Position numbers and translations under genes: made by a program. A stretch of 64,000 nucleotides of DNA from Candidatus Spongiisociaceae bacterium (GTDB lineage: Bacteria > Actinomycetota > Acidimicrobiia > Spongiisociales > Spongiisociaceae), in NCBI GenBank assembly GCA_965219685.1, contig CBDCOH010000002.1, positions 1,600,001 through 1,664,000 on the forward strand, read 5' to 3'. The notes under the pieces were generated by a model, which was not told the DNA's origin, made no database searches, and saw only the letters and a list, made by a program, of their open reading frames with translations. How positions within the stretch are numbered: the first letter of the stretch is position 1; each line of letters begins with the position of its first letter. Positions 48,390 to 57,212 of the stretch are shown piece after piece.

Positions 48390-49077
48390 GCCGACTTGAT
48401 GCGGCGGGCCTCCGACGCCAGCTTGATTAGCCATTCTCGTGATGAGGAACGGCATCGTACGACAGGCAACGAACCGGGCTCTGAAAGTCGATGAGTTCCG
48501 GGGATTCTCGATCACCGACCCGATGGCGCCGGTCATATTCATGAACGACGCTGATAGCAACGCGGCCCAGGTATTCACACTGGCTCATGAGCTGGCTGAC
48601 GTCTGGATCGCCGAGGGTGGAGTGTCCGATGCGGACTTGACCGTGATGCGTAGAGACCGAGATGACGTCGAAGCGTCTTGTAACGAAGCAGCCGGGGAGT
48701 TGCTGCTTCCGTGGTCGCAGCTGAGACAGCCGTGGAGCACGCGGTCCGTGTCGAAAACCCGATTGGTGCGGTCCATATCCAGGAGATTCCACCTCTCGAC
48801 CGTAATGGTCGCCCGTCAGCTCTGGACGCACGGCGCTATCGACAGGGGACGAGTTCTTCGAACAATACGAAGCTGAACGGGAGAACTGGTTACCCAGCCA
48901 GGGAACAAACTCGGGCGGCGACCACTACCGGATGGTGCCCATACGCAACAGCCGACTCCTGACCGAGACGCTTCTCGAGAGCGCGGCCGCTGCAGAGACT
49001 TGATCCGTGATGCGTCCCGGATGCTCGGAGTCAAGCCCGGAAGGCTCCCGAAGCTGCGTGAGGCGATACGCGCGTAG
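48390..49077 (+). pseudogene. Degraded ImmA/IrrE-family metallopeptidase
   Basis: ILVMRNGIV....R.L.V.EFRGF...D..AP.IF.N..D...AQ.FTLAHELAD (HExxH changed to HExxD), E..CN..A. Frameshifted tail RDASRMLGVK. N-terminal HTH missing. Confidence 0.75.
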
Positions 49078-49128
49078 TGCTGCGGCAGAGTACGGCCCAT
49101 ACGTCGTCAGCGGGGCTGCCCGGAGCTA

Positions 49129-49932
49129 TCAACCCTTCTTGGCTGCTTTCGTGTAGCGGCGGACGGCCAGGGGCGCGAAGACCGCGATGATGATCCCCGC
49201 CCATATGATCGTGTAGAGGACCGCGTTCTGTAGGGGCCAGGCGGTCGGTTCCGGGGTTCCGGGTGGGATGTTGCCGAATAGGGTCCGGGTGGCGTGGGCG
49301 ACGGAGGAGACCGGGTTCCACTCCGCGAACACCCTGAGGACGGTCGGGAAGTTCTCCGACGGCACGAACGTGTTCGCGATGAACGTGATCGGGAAGATCA
49401 CCATGAAGGAAGCGTTGTTGACCACCTCCGGGCTGGGAACCGAGAGCCCTACCAGCGCCATCATCCAGGAGACTGCGTAGGAGAACAGCAGCAGGAGGCC
49501 GAAACCCGCCAGCGCGTCGATGAGGCTGCCCCGAATCCGCCAGCCGACCACCAGACCGGTGAGGGCCATGATTAGGAGGGACAGAAGGTTGTAGATCACG
49601 TCGCTGGCGGTGCGGCCCATCACCACGGCCGCCCTGGACATGGGCAACGAGCGGAAACGGTCGATGATCCCCTTCTGCATGTCCTCGGCGAGCCCTGCTC
49701 CGGTGAACGTCGCCCCGAAGATCACGGTCTGGGCGAATATCCCCGCCATCAGGAACTCGCGGTAGGAACCACCGGCGATTGGGATGGCGCTCCCGAACAC
49801 GTACGCGAACAGCAGCACGAACATGATCGGGGACAGAAGGACGAACACCAGCACCTCGGGCACCCGCTTGATCTTGATGATGTTGCGCCGGGCTATCACC
49901 AGACCGTCGCTGATGGCATACAGAGTGTTCAC
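49129..49932 (-). CDS. DrrB-type ABC-2 exporter permease
   Basis: P.MFVLLF.YVFG, D...GIIDRFRSLP, EWNPVS. Confidence 0.92.
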   Translation of the reverse strand: MNTLYAISDGLVIARRNIIKIKRVPEVLVFVLLSPIMFVLLFAYVFGSAIPIAGGSYREFLMAGIFAQTVIFGATFTGAGLAEDMQKGIIDRFRSLPMSRAAVVMGRTASDVIYNLLSLLIMALTGLVVGWRIRGSLIDALAGFGLLLLFSYAVSWMMALVGLSVPSPEVVNNASFMVIFPITFIANTFVPSENFPTVLRVFAEWNPVSSVAHATRTLFGNIPPGTPEPTAWPLQNAVLYTIIWAGIIIAVFAPLAVRRYTKAAKKG

Positions 49933-50921
49933 GCCTGTCCCCTCTTCCTCGTGGTTGCCTTCTCGGAGCGGTCCTCCTCCGGCTCGGTCGCGTGTCCGGT
50001 GAGCGCCAGGAAGACGTCATCCAGAGTGGGACGTCTCAGCACGACATCGGTCACCTCGACGTCTTCGGCCTCGAGATCGGCCAGTACGCGGGCCAGTACC
50101 CTTGCGCCTCCCGTGATCGGCGCCACCACCACCCGGGGCCGCTCGTCATCGTGTAGCTCTCCGACCGCCACCCGGCCCAGCACCTCACGGGCTGCCGGGA
50201 CCTTCTCGGACACCTTCACCTTGACCTCTATGCGTTGCCCGCCCACCAGGTCCTTCAGATCGTCCGTGGTTCCCTGGGCGATCGCCTTGCCGTTATCTAT
50301 GACGAGAACATCATCCGCCAGCCGATCGGCCTCCTCCAGGTACTGGGTGGTGAGCAGAAGGGTGGATCCTCGCTTCACGAGGTCGCGGATGATCCTCCAC
50401 AGCTCCCGGCGGCTGGGAAGATCGAGACCGGTGGTCGGCTCGTCGAGGAAGAGCACGGGAGACTCGGCCACCAGCGCACCCGCCAGGTCCAACCGGCGGC
50501 GCATACCCCCTGAGTAGGTCTTGACGGAGCGGTCGGCGGCATCGGTCAGATCGAAGCGTTCGAGCAGCTCGCGGGCCCTCGTCCTGGCCTTCTTGCGGCC
50601 CAGCCTGTAGAGGCGACCGATCATGTCGAGGTTCTCGAAACCGCTCAGATGCTCGTCCACGGCCGCGTACTGGCCGGACAACCCGATCAGCTTGCGTACC
50701 TCCGCCGGCTCGGCAAGCACGTCCACCCCGGCGACGGTTGCGGTTCCGTCGTCCGGTTCGATAAGCGTGGTGAGGATCGAGACGGCGGTGGTCTTGCCCG
50801 CCCCGTTCGGTCCGAGCAGAGCAACGACGGTGCCTTCCCGAACCGACAGGTCGAGACCGTCCAGTGCGACCACCTCGCCGTACCGCTTGACGAGGCCCGT
50901 GGCCTCGATGATGTTCTGCAT
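49929..50921 (-). CDS. DrrA-type ABC exporter ATP-binding protein
   Basis: GPNGAGKTT, YSGGMRRRLDLA, LDEPTTGLD, TTQYLEEA, PTLDDVFL. Confidence 0.95.
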   Translation of the reverse strand: MQNIIEATGLVKRYGEVVALDGLDLSVREGTVVALLGPNGAGKTTAVSILTTLIEPDDGTATVAGVDVLAEPAEVRKLIGLSGQYAAVDEHLSGFENLDMIGRLYRLGRKKARTRARELLERFDLTDAADRSVKTYSGGMRRRLDLAGALVAESPVLFLDEPTTGLDLPSRRELWRIIRDLVKRGSTLLLTTQYLEEADRLADDVLVIDNGKAIAQGTTDDLKDLVGGQRIEVKVKVSEKVPAAREVLGRVAVGELHDDERPRVVVAPITGGARVLARVLADLEAEDVEVTDVVLRRPTLDDVFLALTGHATEPEEDRSEKATTRKRGQA

Positions 50922-51185
50922 GGTCTACCAATCTCGCCGGCTGTCTGCGCGGACCGACCCGCGCCAACTTCACATCTCCCCCGAACGTGCCTCCGGGGAT
51001 CCTTAAATGACCCAACCGAGTCATGAGCATAACCGACCTGTAGGACTAGTCGTCCGACGGCTCGCTCCCGCCGTTGCTCGTCAAACAACACACCGTCTCG
51101 GAGTCCACTCTGGCCATCGGATCTCCCCTCGTCTTGGTTCTTGCGGGCATCGTCGGGTTGCCTATGCACCCTTGTCAACTACTGG

Positions 51186-51203
51186 CTAGTCTCGATAGAC
51201 TAG
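51186..51203. promoter_or_regulatory. Palindromic operator upstream of hicA
   Basis: CTAGTCT-CGAT-AGACTAG, ending 6 bp before the GTG start. Confidence 0.6.
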
Positions 51204-51209
51204 AACTTC

Positions 51210-51412
51210 GTGAGAAGAGCTGTGCTGCTGACCAGGCTCCGGAGGATCGCAAAAGAAAACGGCGTGGAGATGAGGTTGGTGAGGCAAGGCAGACACGAAG
51301 TATGGGAATGTGGTGGATTCAGGTTTCCGATCCCGCGCCACCGGGAGATCAACGAATACACCGCCCGCAACATCATCAAGACCTTCGCAAACGTCTGGAG
51401 ACGAGTTCATGA
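51210..51412 (+). pseudogene. hicA: HicA-family toxin with a frameshift near 51380
   Basis: RQGRHEVW....FPIPRHREINEYTA. One added base gives ...IIKDLRKRLETSS* with an ATGA overlap to hicB. Confidence 0.75.
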
Positions 51413-51804
51413 TCTACAAGGCTGTCGCTTCCCACCGTCCGCCTTGGTGGGCGATCGAGATCACCGAAGGCCTACCGGACCACATGTTCGCTCATACCCA
51501 GGTCCGCCGACTCACTGCGGTCGATCAGACGGCCCGCGAGGTGATTGCAGCCCTTACCGAGGTCGATCCGGACGAGGTCGACGTGGAGATCACGATCCGG
51601 ATGTCAGCGGCCCTCGCCGACGCGTATGCAGCGCTCACCGAAGCGGAGCAAATCGCCCGGAACACCGCCCGAGACGCTCGGCGACAAAGAGTTCGCGCGG
51701 CGCGGATGGCCCGAGATGAAGGGCTCACGACCAGGGAGTCGGCGTTGCTTTTTGGCGTTTCCCACCAGCGGATCAGCCAACTCATCAACGAGCAATCCGT
51801 TTGA
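51409..51804 (+). CDS. hicB: HicB-like antitoxin with C-terminal HTH
   Basis: WWAIEI......HTQ.RRL......AREVIA; GLT.RE.A.L.GVSHQRISQL. Confidence 0.8.
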   Translation: MIYKAVASHRPPWWAIEITEGLPDHMFAHTQVRRLTAVDQTAREVIAALTEVDPDEVDVEITIRMSAALADAYAALTEAEQIARNTARDARRQRVRAARMARDEGLTTRESALLFGVSHQRISQLINEQSV

Positions 51805-51837
51805 TCCTTCGGAGTAGATCGTGTCAGGCTCCGACGC

Positions 51838-52218
51838 TCAAACGAAAACAACCTCGATGGCGGGATCGAGGTGGCGCAGATCGTCGGGATCGGACGTGAC
51901 GACCCGCTGACCGTTACGGCGTGCACACACCACAACGTGGGCATCCGCTATGTCGGCGGTACCGCTCGCTGCCAGCAACCGGCCGACGTTCACCGCATCG
52001 ACCCTGTCCAAGGCAGCAACACGTGTTCCGGGACTGCGGACGAGGCGCGCCAGGCGGACCTGGCGCTCGGGTCTGCGGATCGCCTGTGCCAGCGCCGCCG
52101 CGGGGACCGTCACCACAGCGCCTGTCTCGAAGGCTCGGGCAAGCAGCGCGATCACCCGCCTGTCTCCGCGATCCAGTGCGATCAAGCCACCGGCGTCGAA
52201 CGTGACGCCCGGCTTCAG
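51838..52218 (-). CDS. vapC: PIN-domain (VapC) toxin, apparent CTG start
   Basis: VTFDAGGLIA, DIADAHVV, VVTSDPDDL. The first conserved Asp lies upstream of the track's TTG, and CTG overlaps the antitoxin's TGA. Confidence 0.78.
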   Translation of the reverse strand: MKPGVTFDAGGLIALDRGDRRVIALLARAFETGAVVTVPAAALAQAIRRPERQVRLARLVRSPGTRVAALDRVDAVNVGRLLAASGTADIADAHVVVCARRNGQRVVTSDPDDLRHLDPAIEVVFV

Positions 52219-52475
52219 GCGACCGCCCGATCCTGCCGTGGCGATCCCTGCAATACCTCGTCAGCCCAGGCTCTCTCCTCCGATGTGAGCGGACCGCCCG
52301 ACTCCTCCAGCGCCCGCCCCAGCATCGCTCCCCAACCTGCAACATCGTCGAGGGCCATACCCACCGCATGCCTCACGAAACCTGACACGCTGGTCGCCTG
52401 ACCCTCTTCCACGAGGACCTTGATCCGGTCCACGTGTTCGACCGGCAGGGTGATCGTGAGCTTCCTCGTTGCCAT
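52215..52475 (-). CDS. RHH-type antitoxin (VapB/ParD-like)
   Basis: KLTITLP......V..G...SVS.FV..AV ... GP.T.EE.AWA. Confidence 0.75.
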   Translation of the reverse strand: MATRKLTITLPVEHVDRIKVLVEEGQATSVSGFVRHAVGMALDDVAGWGAMLGRALEESGGPLTSEERAWADEVLQGSPRQDRAVA

Positions 52476-52583
52476 ACCATCGCTAGACCTTTGCCAGCGC
52501 CGCAACCTCATCCGTACCGACACACCAACCGGAACATGTGACAGGCCGGACGCGTCTGGAATACCAAGTGGACGGGCGTTGTA

Positions 52584-52602
52584 TTAGGCTACCCTAACCC
52601 TT
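52584..52602. promoter_or_regulatory. IdeR/DtxR-like iron box upstream of the iron ABC ATPase
   Basis: TTAGGCTACCCTAACCCTT versus consensus TTAGGTTAGCCTAACCTAA. Confidence 0.7.
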
Positions 52603-52665
52603 TGGATCAGGTATCCGTGAGTTGGACGAGTAGCTGTCCGAGACAATCCCCGCCCAGGAACCCTT

Positions 52666-53694
52666 ATGGCGTATCTGCAGGCAAGTGACATCACCAAACG
52701 CTTCAACGGCACCACCGCTCTGGCCGGTGTCGACCTCACCGTGGAACGGGGCGAATCGCTGGCATTGCTGGGACCCAGCGGCTGCGGGAAGACCACGCTG
52801 CTAAGGATACTGGCCGGCCTTGAGATTCCCGACCGCGGCACCATCGCGGTCGAGGGAGCCTGCCTGACCGCTGCGGAGACATTCGTACCGCCCGAGAAGA
52901 GGCGTATCGGGATGGTGTTCCAGGATTGGGCCCTGTTCCCCCATCTGACGGTGGCGAGGAACGTCGCCTTCGGGCTCGACCGGACCGAGATAATGCGGGG
53001 CCGGGTGGGGGAGACGCTTGAGTTGGTCGGCCTGTCGCATCTGGCCGACCGGTACCCCGAAGAGTTGTCGGGCGGCCAGGCCCAGAGGGTGGCCCTCGCC
53101 AGGGCCCTCGCCCCGCGCCCGCGGGTGCTCCTGTTCGACGAGCCCTTCTCGAACCTCGACAGCGCGCTCCGTGCCCGAGTCCGGGCCGACGTGGCGGCGC
53201 TGATGCGCGACGTGGGAATGACATCGATCTTCGTCACCCACGACCAGGAGGAGTCGTTCGTGGTCGGCCACCGGGTAGCCGTGATGCGTGAAGGACGGAT
53301 CGTGCAGATAGGCCGCCCAGCCGAGGTCTACCAGTATCCGGTGTCGCCATGGGTGGCGACCTTCCTTGGAGAGGCCAACGTTCTGGACGGGATCGCCACC
53401 AACGGCCACGTGTCCACGACGGTCGGGAATGTACCTCTCGCCGACCCCGTGCACGGACCCTGCCGGGTCGTGGTCCGGCCCGAGCATCTGACGGTTGGAT
53501 ACGGTGACCAAGGTGTGGTCTCGTCGGTGGAGTTCTACGGGCACGACACCTCGTACGAACTAGCTGTCAACGGAACAACCCTGCTGGCTCGGGTGATCGC
53601 AGCCCCACGGTTCATGACCGGTGACCGCGTCGAGGTGGGCTATGCGGGACCCGAAGCGGTCGCCTTCGAGGCCGCTTCTCAACCCGCGGGCTAG
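52666..53694 (+). CDS. fbpC: Fe3+ ABC transporter ATP-binding protein
   Basis: [32 protein letters not shown], plus iron-locus context. Confidence 0.82.
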   Translation: MAYLQASDITKRFNGTTALAGVDLTVERGESLALLGPSGCGKTTLLRILAGLEIPDRGTIAVEGACLTAAETFVPPEKRRIGMVFQDWALFPHLTVARNVAFGLDRTEIMRGRVGETLELVGLSHLADRYPEELSGGQAQRVALARALAPRPRVLLFDEPFSNLDSALRARVRADVAALMRDVGMTSIFVTHDQEESFVVGHRVAVMREGRIVQIGRPAEVYQYPVSPWVATFLGEANVLDGIATNGHVSTTVGNVPLADPVHGPCRVVVRPEHLTVGYGDQGVVSSVEFYGHDTSYELAVNGTTLLARVIAAPRFMTGDRVEVGYAGPEAVAFEAASQPAG

Positions 53695-53706
53695 CCGGGG
53701 AGCGGT

Positions 53707-54207
53707 CTACTCCGCGGCCGGCCGGGCGCCGAGTTCGGCCTCGATCAACGCCAACCCGACTTCGTTGCCAGCTACGCGGCGCAGTCGCTCGCAGATACTG
53801 CCGACGACCGACTCCTCCTCCACCTGCTCGGCAAGGAAACTCTGCAGGAAGGGAAGGCTCTCGAGATCGTTGAGGTCCGTAGCCAACTCGTACAGAGCGC
53901 GGATCCGTTCGGTAACACGCCGCTCGTGCCGCAGAGACTCCTCGAACACGTGCACGGGGCTGTCGAACTTGCTCGCCGGCGCGGTTATATCCCCGATCTC
54001 GACCCGACCATCGCGCGCCAGTACGAAGTCGATGAACATCCGGGCGTGGGCGGCCTCTTCGCCGGATTGGCTGCTCATCCATGCGGCCATGCCGGGGCGG
54101 TCATCCCATTCCAGGTGCGCAGCCATCTGTAGATAAGTGAGCGACGCCTCCAACTCGCAGGTGATCTGGTCGTTGAGTGCGCTTTCCATCTGCTCGCTCA
54201 GGGACAT
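53707..54207 (-). CDS. ftnA: Non-heme ferritin
   Basis: LNDQI..E..AS..YL.MA, QS.EE..HA, HE..VT..I, FL..F..EQVEEE. GGAGGG RBS about 7 nt before the ATG. Confidence 0.9.
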   Translation of the reverse strand: MSLSEQMESALNDQITCELEASLTYLQMAAHLEWDDRPGMAAWMSSQSGEEAAHARMFIDFVLARDGRVEIGDITAPASKFDSPVHVFEESLRHERRVTERIRALYELATDLNDLESLPFLQSFLAEQVEEESVVGSICERLRRVAGNEVGLALIEAELGARPAAE

Positions 54208-54413
54208 CGGCATGCCCTCCTGCTCGGGGTCTAGGACGTCCATCCGATCCTACCTGCCAGGCTCGGGTAACGAACCCTTCGCGCTCGCCACCGATTAGAG
54301 GACGCGGTACGGATTCGACACCGCTCATCCTGCGGTCTCTCACGCGGTCCTGCCTGATATCACCGATTGCCCACCGAGGGTGGGAGCTAAACGGATGGCG
54401 CCGCTCGCGTTGT

Positions 54414-54429
54414 CTTAGGGTACCCTAAG
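54414..54429. promoter_or_regulatory. IdeR/DtxR-like iron box (perfect palindrome)
   Basis: CTTAGGGTACCCTAAG between the divergent ferritin and iron-SBP genes. Confidence 0.75.
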
Positions 54430-54447
54430 GTCTATCTATAGGTTAAC

Positions 54448-54477
54448 TTGACAGCAAACATATTGGCTTCCTACTCT
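54448..54477 (+). promoter_or_regulatory. Sigma70-type promoter for the iron SBP operon
   Basis: TTGACA-N18-TACTCT in an AT-rich patch. Confidence 0.6.
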
Positions 54478-54538
54478 CCCTGTGAGATCGGTGAGGCACA
54501 TGCTCCCGACAACTCCCGAGGACAGGAATGGACGTGAC

Positions 54539-55543
54539 ATGAGACGATCGATAGTCGCCGCCGTGGCAGCGGTCCTCGGCTTGGTGGGTGTCTCCTGTGC
54601 CGGCGGGGATGAGGCGATAACGGTCTACTCGGGCCGGACGGAGAACCTCATCGGGCCCATCCTCGAGGACTTCACCGAGGCCACAGGAATCGATGTAGAG
54701 GTCCGCTACGGGAAATCGGCCGACCTAGCCCTGCTCATACATGAGGAGGGGGACCGGAGCCCGGCGGACCTGTTCATCTCCCAGAGCCCCGGAGCCATCG
54801 GCTTCCTGGCTGGCGAGGACCGCCTCCGGCCCATCGACCGGGATACGCTCGCCGCAGTCTCCGAGGAGTTCCGCAACGCCGGTGGTCTCTGGGTGGGGAT
54901 GTCCGGCCGGGTCCGCGTCATCGTTTACAACCGCGAGCTGGTGAGTCCTGCCGAACTCCCGACCTCGGTCTTCGAACTGACCGAGGAGCGCTTCCGGGCT
55001 CGGGTCGGGGTAGCACCCGCCAATAGCTCCTTCCAGGACTTCGTAACCGCCATGCGGGAGATTCACGGCGACGACGTGACGCTTGGGTGGCTGGAAGGGT
55101 TGGTGGCCAACGATGCCCGTACCTACGCCAACAACACCGCCATTGTACAAGCCGTGGGCCGCGGTGATGTCCCCATGGGCCTCGTCAACCACTACTACAA
55201 CCTTCGCGCCAAGGCGGAGGACCCTGCAACGCCGTCCGAGAATTACTTCCTCCCCGGCGGAGACATAGGCTCACTGCTGATCGTCACCGCGATCGGGGTC
55301 CTCTCCACGTCCGGCCAGCCCCAACTCGCCGAACGCCTGGTGGAGTTCATGCTGAGCGAGGCCGCCCAGCGTTTCTACAGCGAGCAGACCTTCGAGTATC
55401 CGCTGGCTTCGGGTGTCGAACCGTCCCCGGGATTGCCGCCGCTCGCCGGCATCGAGGTCGCCACCTACGATTTCGATCGGCTGGGAGGAGGTCTGGAACG
55501 AACCAAGGAACTGATCGATGAGAGTGGGCTGGAAGGATCCTGA
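54539..55543 (+). CDS. fbpA: Fe3+ ABC substrate-binding lipoprotein (FbpA/FutA-like)
   Basis: GVSC lipobox, VYSGR, EG.RSPAD, R.RVIVYN, NSSFQ, LVNHYY (Tyr-Tyr iron ligands), EYPL. Confidence 0.88.
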   Translation: MRRSIVAAVAAVLGLVGVSCAGGDEAITVYSGRTENLIGPILEDFTEATGIDVEVRYGKSADLALLIHEEGDRSPADLFISQSPGAIGFLAGEDRLRPIDRDTLAAVSEEFRNAGGLWVGMSGRVRVIVYNRELVSPAELPTSVFELTEERFRARVGVAPANSSFQDFVTAMREIHGDDVTLGWLEGLVANDARTYANNTAIVQAVGRGDVPMGLVNHYYNLRAKAEDPATPSENYFLPGGDIGSLLIVTAIGVLSTSGQPQLAERLVEFMLSEAAQRFYSEQTFEYPLASGVEPSPGLPPLAGIEVATYDFDRLGGGLERTKELIDESGLEGS

Positions 55544-57125
55544 AAGGACGGACGAGGTCGCATCCAGACGGGCTCGACGCCAGCCCGGTCTTCAGGCGAC
55601 GGTGCTGCTGCTCGGACTGCTGTTCTTCTTTCCTACCGCCTACCTGACCTGGGGAACGCTGAGCCTGGGAGCCGACTTCTGGGAGGCCCTACCGAGTCTG
55701 GACACGCTGCGACCCCTCGGCAACTCGCTGCTGATCGCGACTGCTACCGCCCTGTCCTGCATGTTCCTCGGTACGACACTGGCCTGGCTCGTGGCCAGGA
55801 CGGACCTTCCGGGCCGGAGGTACTGGAGGGTTGTGTTGCCTCTGCCGCTGGTCATTCCGTCCTTCGTGGGCGCCACCGCCATGCTGTCGGCCCTGGGTCC
55901 GGGAGGTCTCGTACCGTTCGTGCCCAGGATCGAGGGTTTCTGGGGAGCGTTCCTGGTCCTGACGCTGCTCGGCTATCCCTTCGTTTACTTGCCAGTGCTA
56001 GCCCGGTTGGCGACCACATCCCCCTCCCTCGAGGAGGCCGCCCGTCTGCTCCGCGATCGGCCCGTTCGCAACATTCGGACGGTGGTCCTGCCGGAGATAA
56101 GGGACACCGTGATGGCCGGAGCGATGCTGGTCTTCCTGTACGGCCTGAGCGACTTCGGCGCCGTAGCCCTCATGCGATACGACACCATCACCAGGGCTAT
56201 CTTCTCGGCGCGCCTCTTCGATCGCGCTACCTCGCTCACACTGGGCCTGGTCCTGGCCATCCTGGCGCTCGCCGTGGTCACCATCGAGCGCACCTGCATA
56301 CCCGTTCGCAAGGTCTCCCCCTCCATCGGCAAGAGACAGGTTCGTTACGGGCTGGGCCGAGCCAAGGCAGCCGGCGTCGGCCTGCCGACGGTCGTGGTGG
56401 CACTGGCGCTCGTGGCGCCCATCGCGGTGTTCGGCCTTTGGGTCCTGCGCGGCTCCTCGACAGTAGGAGTCGGGTACTCAGGGATCGGAGACGGCCTGGG
56501 ATTCCTGATCCGGCCTTCCCTGAACTCGGTCCTCGCATCGTTGGCGGCGGGAGCGTGTGCGGCTCTGATAACCCTGCCCGTGGCACACGCCGTGGCACGG
56601 CGCCGGAGCCGGATGTCGGTTGCCGCTGCCGCCTCGGTGACATCGGTCTTCGCCCTTCCGGGGCTTGTGGTGGCATTGGCCATCGTGTTCTGGGCGATCC
56701 AGGCTCCCGGACCGCTGGCCGCTGTGTACCAGAGCTTCCCCCTGCTGATCTTCGCCTACGTTCTCCACTTCGGAGCCCAGTCGATGCGGGCTGCCCAGGC
56801 GGCGATCGCCGACATACCCCGCCGCTACGAGGACGCGGCCCGCACGCTGGGTGTCAAGGCCGGCCGGCGGTTCCTCTCGATTGACCTGCCGCTGGTCATG
56901 CCCGGGGTGCTCACGGGGGGAGGTCTCGTGCTGCTATCCACCCTCAAGGAGTTACCGGCCACGCTCCTCCTCGCACCGATAGGATTCCAGACCCTGGCCA
57001 CCAGGATCTGGAACGCTGCCGAGGACGGGTTCTTCGCCGAGGTCGGGATCACTTCGCTCGTGCTCATCGTGTTGTCGGGCATCCTGACGTGGATGTTGAT
57101 CCTCCGGCGCGAAACCACTACATGA
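55518..57125 (+). CDS. fbpB: Fe3+ ABC permease (duplicated domain)
   Basis: RTDLPGR, LEEAARL, DFG; EDAARTLG, KELPATLLL. Confidence 0.88.
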   Translation: MRVGWKDPERTDEVASRRARRQPGLQATVLLLGLLFFFPTAYLTWGTLSLGADFWEALPSLDTLRPLGNSLLIATATALSCMFLGTTLAWLVARTDLPGRRYWRVVLPLPLVIPSFVGATAMLSALGPGGLVPFVPRIEGFWGAFLVLTLLGYPFVYLPVLARLATTSPSLEEAARLLRDRPVRNIRTVVLPEIRDTVMAGAMLVFLYGLSDFGAVALMRYDTITRAIFSARLFDRATSLTLGLVLAILALAVVTIERTCIPVRKVSPSIGKRQVRYGLGRAKAAGVGLPTVVVALALVAPIAVFGLWVLRGSSTVGVGYSGIGDGLGFLIRPSLNSVLASLAAGACAALITLPVAHAVARRRSRMSVAAAASVTSVFALPGLVVALAIVFWAIQAPGPLAAVYQSFPLLIFAYVLHFGAQSMRAAQAAIADIPRRYEDAARTLGVKAGRRFLSIDLPLVMPGVLTGGGLVLLSTLKELPATLLLAPIGFQTLATRIWNAAEDGFFAEVGITSLVLIVLSGILTWMLILRRETTT

Positions 57126-57212
57126 GCGTGTACAAGAAACCCCGCCCGAATCCACTCAAGCAGGTGGCCGTGCGTAGCGCCCGGCTACAAGCACGGCCTG
57201 CCGGCTGTCCTT

